Shown here: piece after piece, positions 1 through 12,759 of the stretch
How positions within the stretch are numbered: position 1 is the stretch's first letter
How the letters are laid out: every line of letters starts with the position of its first letter
Source of the DNA: Octopus vulgaris
Lineage: Eukaryota
Reading direction: 5' to 3'
Length of the DNA stretch: 64,000 bases
Assembly: GCA_951406725.2 (NCBI GenBank)
Contig: OX597816.1
Location: 42,284,001-42,348,000, forward strand
The notes under the pieces: generated by a model
Told to the model about the DNA's origin: nothing
What the model saw: only the letters and a program-made list of their open reading frames with translations
The model's database searches: none
Position numbers and translations under genes: made by a program

Positions 1-19
1 TTTTGAAATTATATATATA

Positions 20-220
20 TAATGAGGCCCTAAGTAAATGCAACCACCGCTCGTTTCATACTTTCAAATTGTACCACAAATCTAAATGCCATCTAAATAA
101 CCACACAGTATATATCCACAACATTACTTAACTTCCCATTATCTCCATTTTAATTTTTAATCTTTAATTTTTTAACTCTCCTCTCATACTTTAAGGACCT
201 CAATCAGTTAATACTACACA
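20..220 (+). mobile_element. Possible 3' remnant of a Penelope-like element (C-terminus after GIY-YIG plus 3' flank)
   Basis: Directly after a (TA)n tract it reads NEALSKCNHRSFHTFK, resembling the C-terminal E-x-x-S-K-C-x-H motif of GIY-YIG PLEs. The match is short, so support is weak. Confidence 0.3.
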
Positions 221-419
221 TATGAACATGCAGCTGTACGTGTGTTTTGCATGTATATATATATGTATGTATGTATATTTATGTGGGTATATCATTCTAA
301 TCATACATATCTCTACCCCCATCTATCCACAAATACTACCAATACATTCTCAAATTTTCATTCACAGCACAAAACCGTTTCCAAGTAGCAACACAGAATC
401 CACGGCTCCATAATTTGAA

Positions 420-2420
420 ATGACTAAACATAAAATACTAAACTTTTTTTTAGTAACTAGTTCCAAAATATGTTCATCGTTTCTGCACAGGATCTATCAT
501 ATAGCTACTTTGCTGCTAACGTTTTCGTTTGAAATATTATTAAATGTACTGGCAACAACTGTTACGTAGCAAACCCGTTCCCCCCTTCTCAAAAACCAAG
601 ATATTTGGAATGTTATGCACTAGGAAATTATTCGTTTTGGATAGGGGATCCCCCCAAATTTTAACCTCCTCATACTCAGTCACATGTTTAGATGTTTATG
701 CATACGACTTGTATTCTTAAAATTTCCCAGTAGATGCTCCTTGCAAATATAATATTTCTTCAAGATTTGTGCTGTTTATGTCTGAATTTGGAACCTTCTC
801 TTACACTGTGTCACTCTTTCTTTTCGCTCATCACATATCCTGCACAATGAATAGGCATTGGCTCCTGTCCTACATTTCGTCCTATTTGCCCAGAGAACAA
901 TTCCATTTTTAACCAATTTCAATTGTCTCCCAGTATTTCTACTTTAGTTTTCTCTTTTCATGTTTGCATAGGTTACTTTAGCTAGCAGTTCGTCAGTAAT
1001 TTCGATAAGATACTCATAGAAACTTTTCAGTTCCATGTTTATACAGTCCGCTACACTGATGAGTCCCCTTCGTTCAGTTTCACAATTCCTATACAGCCTG
1101 AGTAAATTTGCTCTGCTTTCATACAACGTCTTCTAAATTGTCAGATTCTCCGGGTTTTTCGATCAATATATTGCACTTCCTCCTTATTCTAATTTACAAG
1201 ATCTACTATATACATAACTCACAATTGAATCTACCCTTCAATTTATTACCTTTACAATGTTTCTAGAATATAACTTAGATATGTATATGAACTTGATCAT
1301 TCTAAATTACACCTTTGAAATGGTTTCCTTTATATCGCTGTTTTTGATGCAATCTGATTATAAGAGTCTTAAATGTTTGTATTCTTGACTTCCTTCTAAA
1401 CTTTTCATTACATGATTATTTGGCGGTTTAAGACTTCGACTCTGCTTTACCTTCCCACTTTTGAGTAACAACATGGCACATTTATCGCTACCAAATACCA
1501 TGCCTATGACATGACTGAAAATTTTTACCGTTTTCCACAATGTGCTAAGTTGATATTCATATTCCTTTTAAATTTGCTAAGCAGAGAAGATGCTTCGCCA
1601 CGACTTTATTTCTCAAATTATATCCTGCTTTAATATTCCACTAAAATATCGACAGAGGTTTGAATATCACTACAAACAAAAGTCCTGAGAGACTGTCTCC
1701 CTGCATCATTCCTCTTCTGATATTTACTATAAACTGAGACATTCATGAAGATGATAACTCAGTTTTAGAGTCTGTGATAGTTCTTTCCAGCAATCTTTGT
1801 AATCCCCTGCCATTCCAGGTATCTCCATTCATTTACCTGCCCAGCTGTAAGGCACCATATCATATGCCTTATGTAATCTATTTTCACCATTCCTAGTCCA
1901 AGTAATATTCATTTACCTTTCCTTATATAATCTTATCTATTAACATTTATCTCTTACAAATTTTACAAAAGTACAAAATTTTTAAAGTTTCATAGCTATC
2001 ATTACTTTCTACAGATTCCACACAATTGGTAAGCACTTCTTTATCCTTTGTCATATCATTCAAGACTAATGTCATATTTCCATGTGTAGTGAAATATCAG
2101 CTTCGTTCAGAACTCCTTGAAATTTGCTAGCAATTCTAAAGTACCGTGTCATAAATATTTTAATACAATATCTCTGCAATCAACGAAAGCTTGCTGACTT
2201 CTAAATTTTGTTGTTGACTTCTCCTTCGCTGTCTCTGATATTTGGATGTTTCCTTGTTTCTTTTGATCTCTCATTTTGTCTTCAACTTTTCTAACCAATT
2301 AGCTTGATCATTAAGCACAACTGGTTGATCCCAAATCTCACCGACAAACTAATCACTATTCCTTACTTGTTAAAACACCATTAACTTGAAGCTTTCTCTC
2401 TAACCTTACGATTATCTTTT
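420..2420 (-). mobile_element. Degenerate R4/Dong-type non-LTR retrotransposon (RT plus REL endonuclease), pseudogenised
   Basis: Minus-strand frames give EIWDQPVVLNDQANWLEK (~2290-2340), AYDMVPYSW (~1845-1870), IRRGMMQGDSLSGLLFV (~1675-1725), IGMVFGSDKCAMLLLKSGK...EYKHL (ORF 1358-1540), RRGLISV (~1050-1075) and PNILVFEKGERVCYV (REL-like, ~565-610). Many stops and frameshifts. Confidence 0.85.
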
Positions 2421-5419
2421 TTTCTGATTATCATTCTGGCTGTTATTGTTGTTGCTATAGCAATCATCATCATAGTCATCAATATTGTTCTTGTTATTAA
2501 ATTTACGTTGTGACTCCGATTTCCACCAGCAGTTATACAGATATATTACAACTTTACATCCATTAGGTGCAAAGCTGCAGGTCTGTGTTAATGAGACAGT
2601 GTTTTGAAACACATTTATAGCAATATGTTAATAAGTTGTTCTATGGAAGAATCTGAAACAAAGTTCATATTAGAATTACTACAAAGAAAGGCTGCAATTA
2701 TCCTATATGCAATGCGAGTTTGGGTAAATGTCATTAATTCATTATGGTGTACACAAACATCTTCACTACACAAGAGATACGAGTTGTCTATTGATTTAAT
2801 GATTTTTCTATGATTGAAAGGTGTAAATATTTATAAATATATAACATTTATAGAGGGACGTGATATGCAGATTATTTATGACTGTTGGTGAAACTTAAAA
2901 TGCGGCATAAAAGAGAAGGTGATGCATTTTAACATTTACGTTCTACATACACACAAAACCGCCGTGTAAGGTTTTATCTGTAAAAAAAAAGTCTAATTAG
3001 GAAAGTGGTATCAAAGGCTGGCTGGATTAGCTTTACATTGATATAATTGCTTAAATCTACTGAAAATTTTCATTTAATAATATTAGCTATATAATGGATC
3101 TACATATATACATACATGTGTGTGTGTGTGTGTGTGTGTAATCCTATGATACCGCAAAAGAAAGTTGTCTCAACTGTATATAGTACAAATTCGTTTGTTA
3201 AAATAATCATCAGAGTTTTCAAGTTACATGTAAATAATTCTTTGAGTCCAAATTTGGGTAAGAATTTACTCTTATATATGCTAATGTACAGATCTTTATA
3301 TTTCCTATTACATGTTTGAATAGCTTGCATTTTAGGGCTTTACTTTATTAAATTAATCATAAAAATCTTTCACTACTTACGTACTTGGTGTGGAAGGTTC
3401 CATTCATCAGAAATTAGTAAATCTGTATAAATCTATTAAATATATCTTCTCATAGAAGAGACGTGGTGGATATAAACCAATATGAATGTTCAACTGGTTT
3501 CTATGCTTCCAGGTTACTGGTTTTTACAGGAATTTATATTGCGAAAACAAACCGACATTCTTGGTTGAAATATAATATATCTAGCATTATGCATTTTTGA
3601 GCGAGATATGTGGAGGCAGATCCTATCACATTTTAATTTTGAAAGGATACCAATTTGAGCAACGGTTGAATTTTTATTGATGTGTTTAAATCACATTAAC
3701 CCTTAAACAGACACAAAATACCTGCATGTATGTGTGCCTAATGAACAGAGAAATATGTTTCTGAAGTGTAATTTTTTTCCATATTTTCCATATAAATAAA
3801 TAAAAAAATCTATAGTAATTGTTAGTCACTCGCACAATAAAATTTTCAATCTTATTATCTAAAAGTACCATAACCTATTTACTTTCGTTTTAAGTTCGTA
3901 TCCATGTAAAATGTTTGAAACATCGATTCATGATCTATTATTTTCTGATGATACATCAGTTGACGATGTGCCCCCCGCCCACGTTTAGGTTTTAAGCCCA
4001 TCTCCTGTTGCGTCAATATCATAACATTATCATTTTTTAAAATATGTTTGTTACATATATACAATTGCGAATCTATGATATGGTGGAGAAACTATGATGG
4101 GTTCAGAGTTCGCTTAATATGTTTTAGCTAAATATCTACAATAGAAGGATATCCACTAATAGATATGTTAGCATTGTGCATATTTTCTTTCCTCTATTGT
4201 TTTCCCATCCTCCAGATGACACGACGCAGTAACGGGGAGAGTATTTGATAATGATGCCTTATATAGGAAATATAGAGTGATTGCGGAAATGATTTCTGTT
4301 AGTATACCAAAACCTTTCATAGAAAAGTTTTTAATTGTTCATATTTCTCTCGCTGTATTTGGCGAGTTGAGAGGTTTCAACGGAGAAGAATCGCTTTCAG
4401 AAAGAATCACATATAATCTTCAAACAACAGAGTATGCAATATAGTTGTGTATTTATTCGACGAAGATTACAACCTTTCGTTGCCACGCATATACTCCCTA
4501 AGTGAAACAATAATTGCCGTCACGTTATTAGAATTATAATTCATATCCTACACATGTTTCCTTTTATCCATTTATTAATTATATTGCTTTGATGTCGAAT
4601 ATATTCACATACAACTCTTCTAATATGTAGTTGCAATTATGACTTCCGTGGAAATAATTTTCGTGTTCATAAAATAAAATGACGCCATTCATTTGGTTAC
4701 AATGCCCATATATTTATGTATTCTATGATGAAGGATACTACAAACACGACTGAGTTTCATCACTGGTGAGTCAAATTTTGCTGTTCTAAGTTCTATCGTT
4801 TGTATCGTACACAGCCTTGATTTTAAGTGCATTCAGACATATACACGACGCATACCTTGCAGCGTCGGTAAGTTAACGATAACCAATGTTAGCCGTTTAT
4901 ATCATTTCAGCAGAACATTCAACGGTCCTTATAATACATACGTACATACACATGTGCATAAATACATAGTCACACACAAACATGTGTGCGCATCACCAAT
5001 GCATTAAACCTTTTACTCTTATGCTGTCCTCCATTATTCTTTATAATACGAATTTTTCTGCGTGCGCATTATAGATATTAAGATGGATGAAGAACAATTG
5101 ATTTGCGTCGTAAAACACGTCTCACGAGAACATGTGTCTGAATATTGAATGAGAGAAATTCCCTTATGAAGCTGTTGTTAGTATAAACGGAAAGTTGACA
5201 AGTTACCCGTATGTTCTACATATAAGTGTTATCAAACACCGAAGAATGGATTAGGAGATATTAAATTTAATAATTCTATATAATAGTTTCAATAACTGAC
5301 AGTTTGACTAATTTTGTGGAATTTCCTTAACCGTAAGCAATAATTGTTTAGTTATACACGCTGCATATTAATTCTTCCCAGTGCATATTGAAATATTTGC
5401 AATAGAACATTCTAAAACA

Positions 5420-7700
5420 AGCAACTTACCGGACAAGGAAGGGCAAATGATAACTTATCCTGGACAGACGTGTAAAGCCTTTTGGCGGTGCTTCGCTCAA
5501 CTGTTCGGGAACAGCGGTGTGCCGTGTCGCCGGATGGATTTCACGTCCTACCTCGACGGGTTGCTGCGGCTCTCGACGACGGAGGTGCAGTGCTGCAAAA
5601 AGCCGATAACAGTTTAAATACGGGAAGAAATGGATAGCTGCACGATAGGTAAATCGCTTGGTTTGGGTGGCCTGCCCTACGAGCTTTACGCTTCCATGCC
5701 AGACTTGTGACCTCTTAGCAAACGTTTACTGCAACTGGCAACAGAATGGGAGCGATGGTGTTGCTGAGAAAAGACCCGAACAAGGGAAATTGTTTTGACA
5801 GCTTTAAGGCCCATAACTCTACTGAATTCATAGTTCAAAATGTTGGTCAAGTTATTAGTTACAAGGTTGGCGCTTGTCGTCGAGTATCTGGTAAGGGAAG
5901 GTCAGACATGTACCATCCCGAAAAGATCCATCCACGACAACCGCTACCTCATGCGATGCATTACTGAAAAAGTGGCTAAAGTAGCTGGCACGAGTGGGGT
6001 ATGAAGAATTTAGATCAGGATAAAGCTTTCGATAGACTCAACTATCTATACATGGCGGCGGTCCTCAAGGCAACTGGTTTCGGGTCTCTATTCAGAGGCT
6101 GGATCGCTGCAATGGCTGCAATGCACAGCAATATTTGTTCAGCGGTCAGAGTGAACAGTCACGTCTCAGAGCCGCGCAACATCATGCGCTCGGTCCATTA
6201 AGGTTGTCACCTCCTGTCTCTCTCGTACGTACTGATTTTCGAACGACGACTTCACAAACTGGAAGCGTTGAGAGGCACCCGGCATGATCTAGGACGGGGG
6301 AGAAACGTCTCGGCATATGCTGACGACGTCACCGTAGAGGTGTTTGATCATAAACAGATAGAAATGATCGGCACCGCACTCAGGGACAAGGACATAGTTT
6401 CAGGACCGACAATTTACCAGGAAAATGAGGTCTACACCTGATGAAGCAAGTCTATGCAGTCCAACGACGTCGTTGGGCGTTGGACGGACCGGTTAAATTG
6501 CTTGGGGTCTGGTTTGGTCCGGAACTCTAGATGGGCAAATTCTGGGACGAGGTGACGAGCATGGTGACTACTCTCACCCAGACATAGTCTGCGAGAAAGT
6601 TATCCTTGAAAGTTCGGGTAGAGTTTGCTAACGTGTTTATAGCGTCCGTAATCTACTATCGTTTGATCGTCGTGCTTGTCCTGGCCATCGTCTGATTACG
6701 CTGGAGTGTGTAATCTTCCACTTCTTGTGGAAGGGACAAGTCCTGATGGTCATGAGCTCTCTGCTGTCAGCACCCGCTTCGTGATAGACTGGGCATGCCG
6801 TGGTTGATGATGCACAGACATGCGTTGAGGCTACGACATCACCAGTGCTTCTTGACTGTGAACCGGTGTGGTCACCATTCCCGTGACACGTATTTCTACA
6901 GCTAGTTTCTTTAACAAGGCTGCAGTCCTGGATAAGACAGAGACCGAGGGGGAAATTTTGGAAAGTGGAATGCTTTCAAGTATTCACAGCCCTCTGCTAA
7001 TCGGGCTGTGCGGTAGGTGGATCGTCCAATTTTGCTTTTTATGGAGAATTAGTGGAGAGAAAGTGCTACAACCTTCATAGGGAGACCTTTGGCGTCGAAG
7101 ATCACTTGGTCGCCCTTTGCTGGAGAACTTTCGGGCCGGGACCAATGGATATTTTCCAAAAATCTCTGGTCCGGCAGTGTTGCCAGGGAGCATTGCCTAT
7201 TCGAGATAAACTTTACAGGCAACGAAGTGCCGATATCCGAGCACGTCCGAGATGTACGCAGGACGACGAGACGGTATTGCATGCACTCGTCCAGTGCCTA
7301 AGTATTGCTGACCTGTGGGTTTATATCTAGCACTTACTGTGGCGCATGAAACGGACCCGGCTATTAACTGAATTCATCGTGAAGATCGCCCCGCCGCCTT
7401 CCTTTTTATCGGAAAGGAAAGGCTGTTTTTATATGCCTGGTGGTCATGGCGAAAGGGGTTGTGTCGTGGACGAAATTAAAGGAACTGAATACAAACACTT
7501 TTCTCTTTGACCAATCCCTGACGAACTTCTTCACGTTTCACTAGAAAAGGAAAACAAGTGTAGATAGGGTAGTATTGACTTCTAGTCAGGTGTCCGAAAG
7601 GTGGATGAAAGTTGTGAGAATGGTACGAGAGAACGGGCTTGATACACGCCAAACTTGATACACGCCAAACCTTAACCCCTCCAAGAGAGAGTGCAACCAG
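5420..7700 (+). mobile_element. Degenerate 5'-truncated Tx1/L1-clade LINE ORF2 (RT plus C-terminal zf-RVT)
   Basis: Motifs KSLGLGGLPYELY (~5650), LDQDKAFDRL (6010), VSAYADDVTV (~6305-6337) and ALPIRDKLYR...PRCTQDDETVLHALVQC (7190-7300). Homologous to the minus-strand copy at 12760-16970. Confidence 0.88.
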
Positions 7701-7849
7701 AATGCTCTGTGGTTCCCACTCGAGTAGGTATGATTTTCCATAGATTAGTAGACAAGCACTTGCCTCGTACAAATATGTACAATAAAATATTCAATAGGCT
7801 ACCCTGAGAATTTCCATTAGCCGTGCAACCAGTGTAAAATATTTTAGGT

Positions 7850-8240
7850 GGTTAGCCCACACCTGAGACAAAAGCAGGATGCTCATGGAGGACTAACCCA
7901 TAGTCACTCAGCGGCCATTCTAATACGGAGACTGTTGTATACGTGGCAAACGTAACAGCCATTGGACCAAATGGGAAACGTGCGAAATTACTTGCAGAAC
8001 CCGCTATAACAACCATAATACTCCTTCAACATCCCGCAGAGCGGTAACGCTACAACTCTGGCCACGAACGTATTGTCTTTGACAGAAGGTACCACCGAGG
8101 ACAGCATCAAGTGGATTATTCTTGAGAAATGTGAAGCGTCCAAATCCCAGGCATTCACCTCAAAAGCAGAAGTGAAATGTTTCATCTCACATAAAAGGAA
8201 GTACCTCCTATCATACCTGCGTGCTCTATCATGACTATAA
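7850..8240 (+). mobile_element. Penelope-like element remnant (GIY-YIG endonuclease region)
   Basis: Frameshifted translation ETVVYVANV...RTRYNNHN.SFNIPQSGNATTLATNVLSL...IKWIILEK...SHKRKYL follows the same motif order as the PLE at 25640-27213. Confidence 0.7.
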
Positions 8241-8652
8241 TCACAAGACCCCAAACTTAAGTCTTCCAACAATACCTGGGAGTTTAGCAATGAGTTTGAG
8301 CAGAAATACACTAACGTACCTACTCACAAACACACACAACCCAACACGGCGGGTACCATTCCAATATGCTCGCCCATCCTCCAGTATAACCTCCCACACC
8401 TTTTGTACCCCTACACATAGTGCATGTACCCCTACACATAGACATAGACACGAAGGCCCCAAGAATTTTATCAATACGTCAAAGCAGAAAATACACTGAC
8501 GAACACATCCGTATACTCTCACAGTCCTGCAACGGTTATACCTATAGTACCATTACACACAATCTATTTCTACAAGAACACCAGCCTTAAAGACACACAC
8601 ATCTCCCACGAACTTTTCGAGAAAACTCTTACCGACATTACCCCAAGTGGCG

Positions 8653-8850
8653 ATGTGTATGTATGTATACGTGTTTATGTATGTATACGTGTGTATATAT
8701 GTATACGTGTATTTACAGATATGCATATATATGTCTCTAATTTTATATATAATACATGCATATATATAAACACACTCACACATATATATATGCATATGTA
8801 TACATATATATATGTATATATACATAGATATACATACATACACACACACC

Positions 8851-8886
<36 letters not shown>

Positions 8887-8892
8887 CATATA
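8653..8892. repeat. Compound (TA)n/(TG)n/(CA)n microsatellite
   Basis: Direct reading. It produces the spurious YI/CV ORFs. Confidence 0.95.
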
Positions 8893-9571
8893 AATCACTT
8901 TATTAGTTATTCAATGAATAATGCTTATTAATAGCTTATTAATACACTGATAGTACTTTGCATCTGTTAAGTGTGATATCATATGATTTTTCCACTTTTT
9001 CTAGTGTGCATAGTGAGAGTTTATTTTAAAGATTTTATACAATAACTGTTCTATGCTTAATGAGATACTAAAATACATAAAGGAAAATGTCACATGCTTT
9101 CTGGCAAAATATATTGTGTTGCATTAATCTCATTGTAGACTAAATTAATAAACGCTGTTATCTTGCATATGTATTTTATTGATTTATCTCTTTTTCATCA
9201 TAAGTTTTACAAGGTGAAATTTTTCACTTTATGGAATTTATATGATACTGAAAGCATATGACTATCATTTAGTCTATGGCTAGTTATTGATAGCAAATCA
9301 CATTAGGTAGATAACGTATAATCTGAATAATATGCCTACTTTCCTAGAGAATATTAAATGTGCCAATGTATTAAATTATAACAACGAATACTCATGTATA
9401 TATTTTCAACAAAATGTTGGAGAGGGGAGAACCACACTCCAGTATCAGAATATCACATTTCTTCTCCGTGACTATTAAATTTTCCTCTACAGTTTTTGTA
9501 AGATCGTCTCTCCAAAATAGGTAGATAATTGTTGCCAATGACGGTCCTACATTTTAGACATGCATTGTATA

Positions 9572-9962
9572 ATGGACGGAAGCACTCCGTCGGTTACGAC
9601 GACGAGGGTCCCGGTTGATCCGAATCAACGGAACAGCCTGCTCGTGAAATTAACGTCTAAGTGGCTGAGCACTCCACAGACACGTGCACCCCTAACGTAG
9701 TTCTCGGGGATATTCAGCGTGACACAGAGAGTGACAAGGCCGGCCCTTTGAAATACAGGTACAACAGAAACAGGAAGTAAAGAGTGAGAGAAAGTTGTGG
9801 TGAAAGAATACAGCAGGGATCACCACCATCCCCTGCCGGAGCCTCGTGGAGCTTTAAGTGTTTTCGCTCAATAAACACTCACAACGCCCGGTCTGGGAAT
9901 CGAAACCGCGATCCTATGACCGCGAGTCCGCTGCCCTAACCACTGGGCCATTGCGCATCCAC
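9572..9962 (-). mobile_element. tRNA-derived SINE, family A (tRNA-Arg-like head; probably an octopus OR-type SINE)
   Basis: Minus-strand head gtggatgcgcaa-TGGCCCAGTGG (A box)...GGTTTCGATTCC (B box) with an anticodon-like TCG. 10-bp TSD gcattgtata at 9562-9571 and 9963-9972. Near-identical copy at 49189-49569. Confidence 0.92.
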
Positions 9963-11879
9963 GCATTGTATAGGAGTGAAAATAAACGCATGTCATACAT
10001 GAGTAAATCACTGAGCAAATGAATTAGTTTTGGGACTATCATCAGCTACTTCATACATATTATTTATATTCCGAATTATTCGCGGTTAAATTAATTATAT
10101 TTGGTCCGCTCCGCTCAGCCAAAATTGTGGGAAATGCATGAGAAGTATGATTTTTTCACTACAGTGAATGGAAAGACGCTACTCCATTTTATACAAAGGA
10201 AGTACCGAATTATAAATCAGACAGAAGGTAAATTGCTTGCATTATTGAAGTAAAATAATGTTGCCGAAGCGACATTTACTCAGATGTTCAAGATAAATTA
10301 CACAGATTTCCAGTATTGTTCCTTTAGACTAGATGAAAAACATCTGGGCAATAGCTTTTCGTAAATGCATTATATTTTCTTTCATTCTACAGACACTTGC
10401 GCACACACATATGTTATAAAACTACTCTTAATATAATTAAATTCCCATGTGATATATCAATATAGCAGAACTCACGGGAGTAATACACATCTAACTACAT
10501 CTAAGGTAAGTATAACCCTCTGAAAGTGTTCAACATACAATTGTAAGTTAGTATGAAATACACGAGTCTATGACTCGAAGAGATATATGAAATGATCACC
10601 TTTATCTTATTGGTTAAGTCAAAGGGTCGCTCACAAGAAGCAATTTGTACCTCTTCCAACAGAGTCATTCCATATCCCTTTTGTAGCGATCTAATTAACT
10701 CATATCCATTTTTTCGTAGAGATCTAATTAATTCATAGCCACAGTACAGGCGATGTGACAGCAAGCACTCAAAAGCATGCAGTTCTTCACTATATCCGAC
10801 GTATTATAATATTTCTATTTAATGACATCGTAAATTCTGCTAGTTTTTATGATAGGGTTGCCAAATTAGTATTATGCATTAACTTCTAATCACGAATGGA
10901 AAACTATATATTTGGATGACGGCAGGTGGATAAATCTCCATTCTAGAGAGGAAAATGTTCTGCACGTTTACAGCTGGAAGATAAATCTCAGGAAGTTGCT
11001 TAAAAGACTCACATCGAATTATTCCATTAATACATAAACGATTCGTTTTAAAAGTCTAATAAAGATACTGAAGTTTATTTCAAATTATCGAGTGAGTATT
11101 ATTAATGTCAATAATCGAGTTTGATGACTGTTTGGTACAATCGTAATTTTCTTAAAAGTGCATTCTGTCGCTCGACCTAAATTTGTATGTGTTCCCGATT
11201 TAATAGTAATGAATTAATAACAAATAAATCAAGACTTATCGTTTCCATTGTAACTGCTAATATCTTGTTTTAGAAACACGTGAGGGGAGATCCTAAGAAC
11301 AGGAAAAATGTGTTTGATCTACATTCACATAATTTGGCCGTGTTCTTTAAATCATTTGGCAAAGTGAGTGTTAAAAGCAAATCAAGAACATATAGAACTG
11401 TTCTAAATTTCCTTCAGGCACGAGTTTTAAACAAGTTAGAAACGTCACATACATTGGAGAAGGAAACACACAATTAAGCCTCTGATCTCCTCATATATTA
11501 TCAAATAATTCTAACAGTCTACCGTAAAATAGTGAAATGTTGTTAACATATTGGAATAAAAATTTCGATTAAATAAGTGCTATTTATTTTGGGTTGATAT
11601 CTTTTATGAATTTCATCGGAAAATTTCGTGCTGGAGCGCTGCAGAGTTTAAGAGATTAAATGCGTGCATTATGGTTGTTCATCTGTAATGCTCAGATTGA
11701 GCTTTCGTTTGCCCTTCTTTCAGTATGGTACCAATGTAACGAGCAGAGTTTTATATCATTGATGGATAAATCAATTCAATCCTCCTGCAGATATTTCACT
11801 TTAGAATGTATTGAATAGAAACTAAATAAAAATCGTTACATAGTCCAGTGAAATACGCCATCAGATAAAAAATAATCGT

Positions 11880-11921
<42 letters not shown>

Positions 11922-12290
11922 GACCTACTCATTGAAATTGAGAAAATGTGGCATCTCAAGGCGGTTACAATACCAGTGATCGTAGGAGCACTAGGAATGA
12001 TCAAGAAGGGAACCGAAAATTATATGAGAATGATCCCTGGCTTACCATCCCTGCAAGAAGTGCAAAAGATTGTCTTAACTGGTACATCACATGTATTGAG
12101 AAGAGCATTGTCGATGTGAGAATTGTTGCTGCTCATGTATTTTAATTTAACTTAAAAAAAAAAATGAACGAACTATTGAGTTTGGTTTAATGGCCTACCG
12201 ATGTATACTATGAGTTTCTTTGCCCTAGGAGTCGGGAAGACACTCGGCAAGAAATGGAAGCAAATTTGAAAGAAGAAAAAAAAAAGTAGT
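11880..12290 (+). mobile_element. 5'-truncated 3' end of a Dong/R4-type LINE inserted in (TAA)n
   Basis: KDLLIEIEKMWHLKAVTIPVIVGALGMIKKG...LQEVQKIVLTGTSHVLRRALSM* is a REL C-terminus, followed by a 3' UTR. (TAA)n tracts flank both sides. Confidence 0.9.
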
Positions 12291-12294
12291 AATA

Positions 12295-12374
<80 letters not shown>

Positions 12375-12700
12375 TTGAAAATAATTTGAGTATTATCCCT
12401 GGCTTACCAGCCATGCAGGAAATGCCAAAAAATGTTTTAACTGGTACATCACACCTATGGAGAAGAGCATTATCTCTGTGAATTTTCTTCCCTCTCTCCC
12501 TTTATTTTCTTTATTTTATTTTTTCATATTCTTTTTTGTTTTTCCCCTTTCTGTTCTCTGTCTTCCTCCCCTTTACTTTCCTTTTATTACGTGACTTTGT
12601 AACTGAACGATCTAGTGAGTTTGTTTTAATGGCCTACCTATGTTTACAGTGAGTTTCTTTGCCCTTGACATACTGCAACAAATCGAAACAAAATCAAAAG
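12375..12700 (+). mobile_element. Second, more diverged 3' end of the same Dong/R4 family in tandem
   Basis: atccctggcttacca...ctggtacatcac...agaagagcatt and aatggcctacc...gagtttctttgccct repeat the segments at 12033-12225. Separated from copy 1 by (TAA)n. Confidence 0.85.
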
Positions 12701-12759
12701 AAGATAATAATAAAAAAGAGTAAGAGGAACCTCAACAACAACAACAACAACAAATATAA

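Noticed and set aside
1053-1085. ctgatgagtcc, resembling a hammerhead 5' core
   Set aside because: No complementary ggac-GAAA follows, and it is the antisense of LINE coding sequence (RGLISV).
9885-9962. tRNA gene
   Set aside because: It is the head of a SINE with a body, a TSD and a second copy, and it has no proper acceptor stem.
10501-10764. 87-aa ORF with repeated GYELIRSL
   Set aside because: It reflects a local ~33-bp tandem duplication, starts at a non-ATG codon and shows no recognisable domain.
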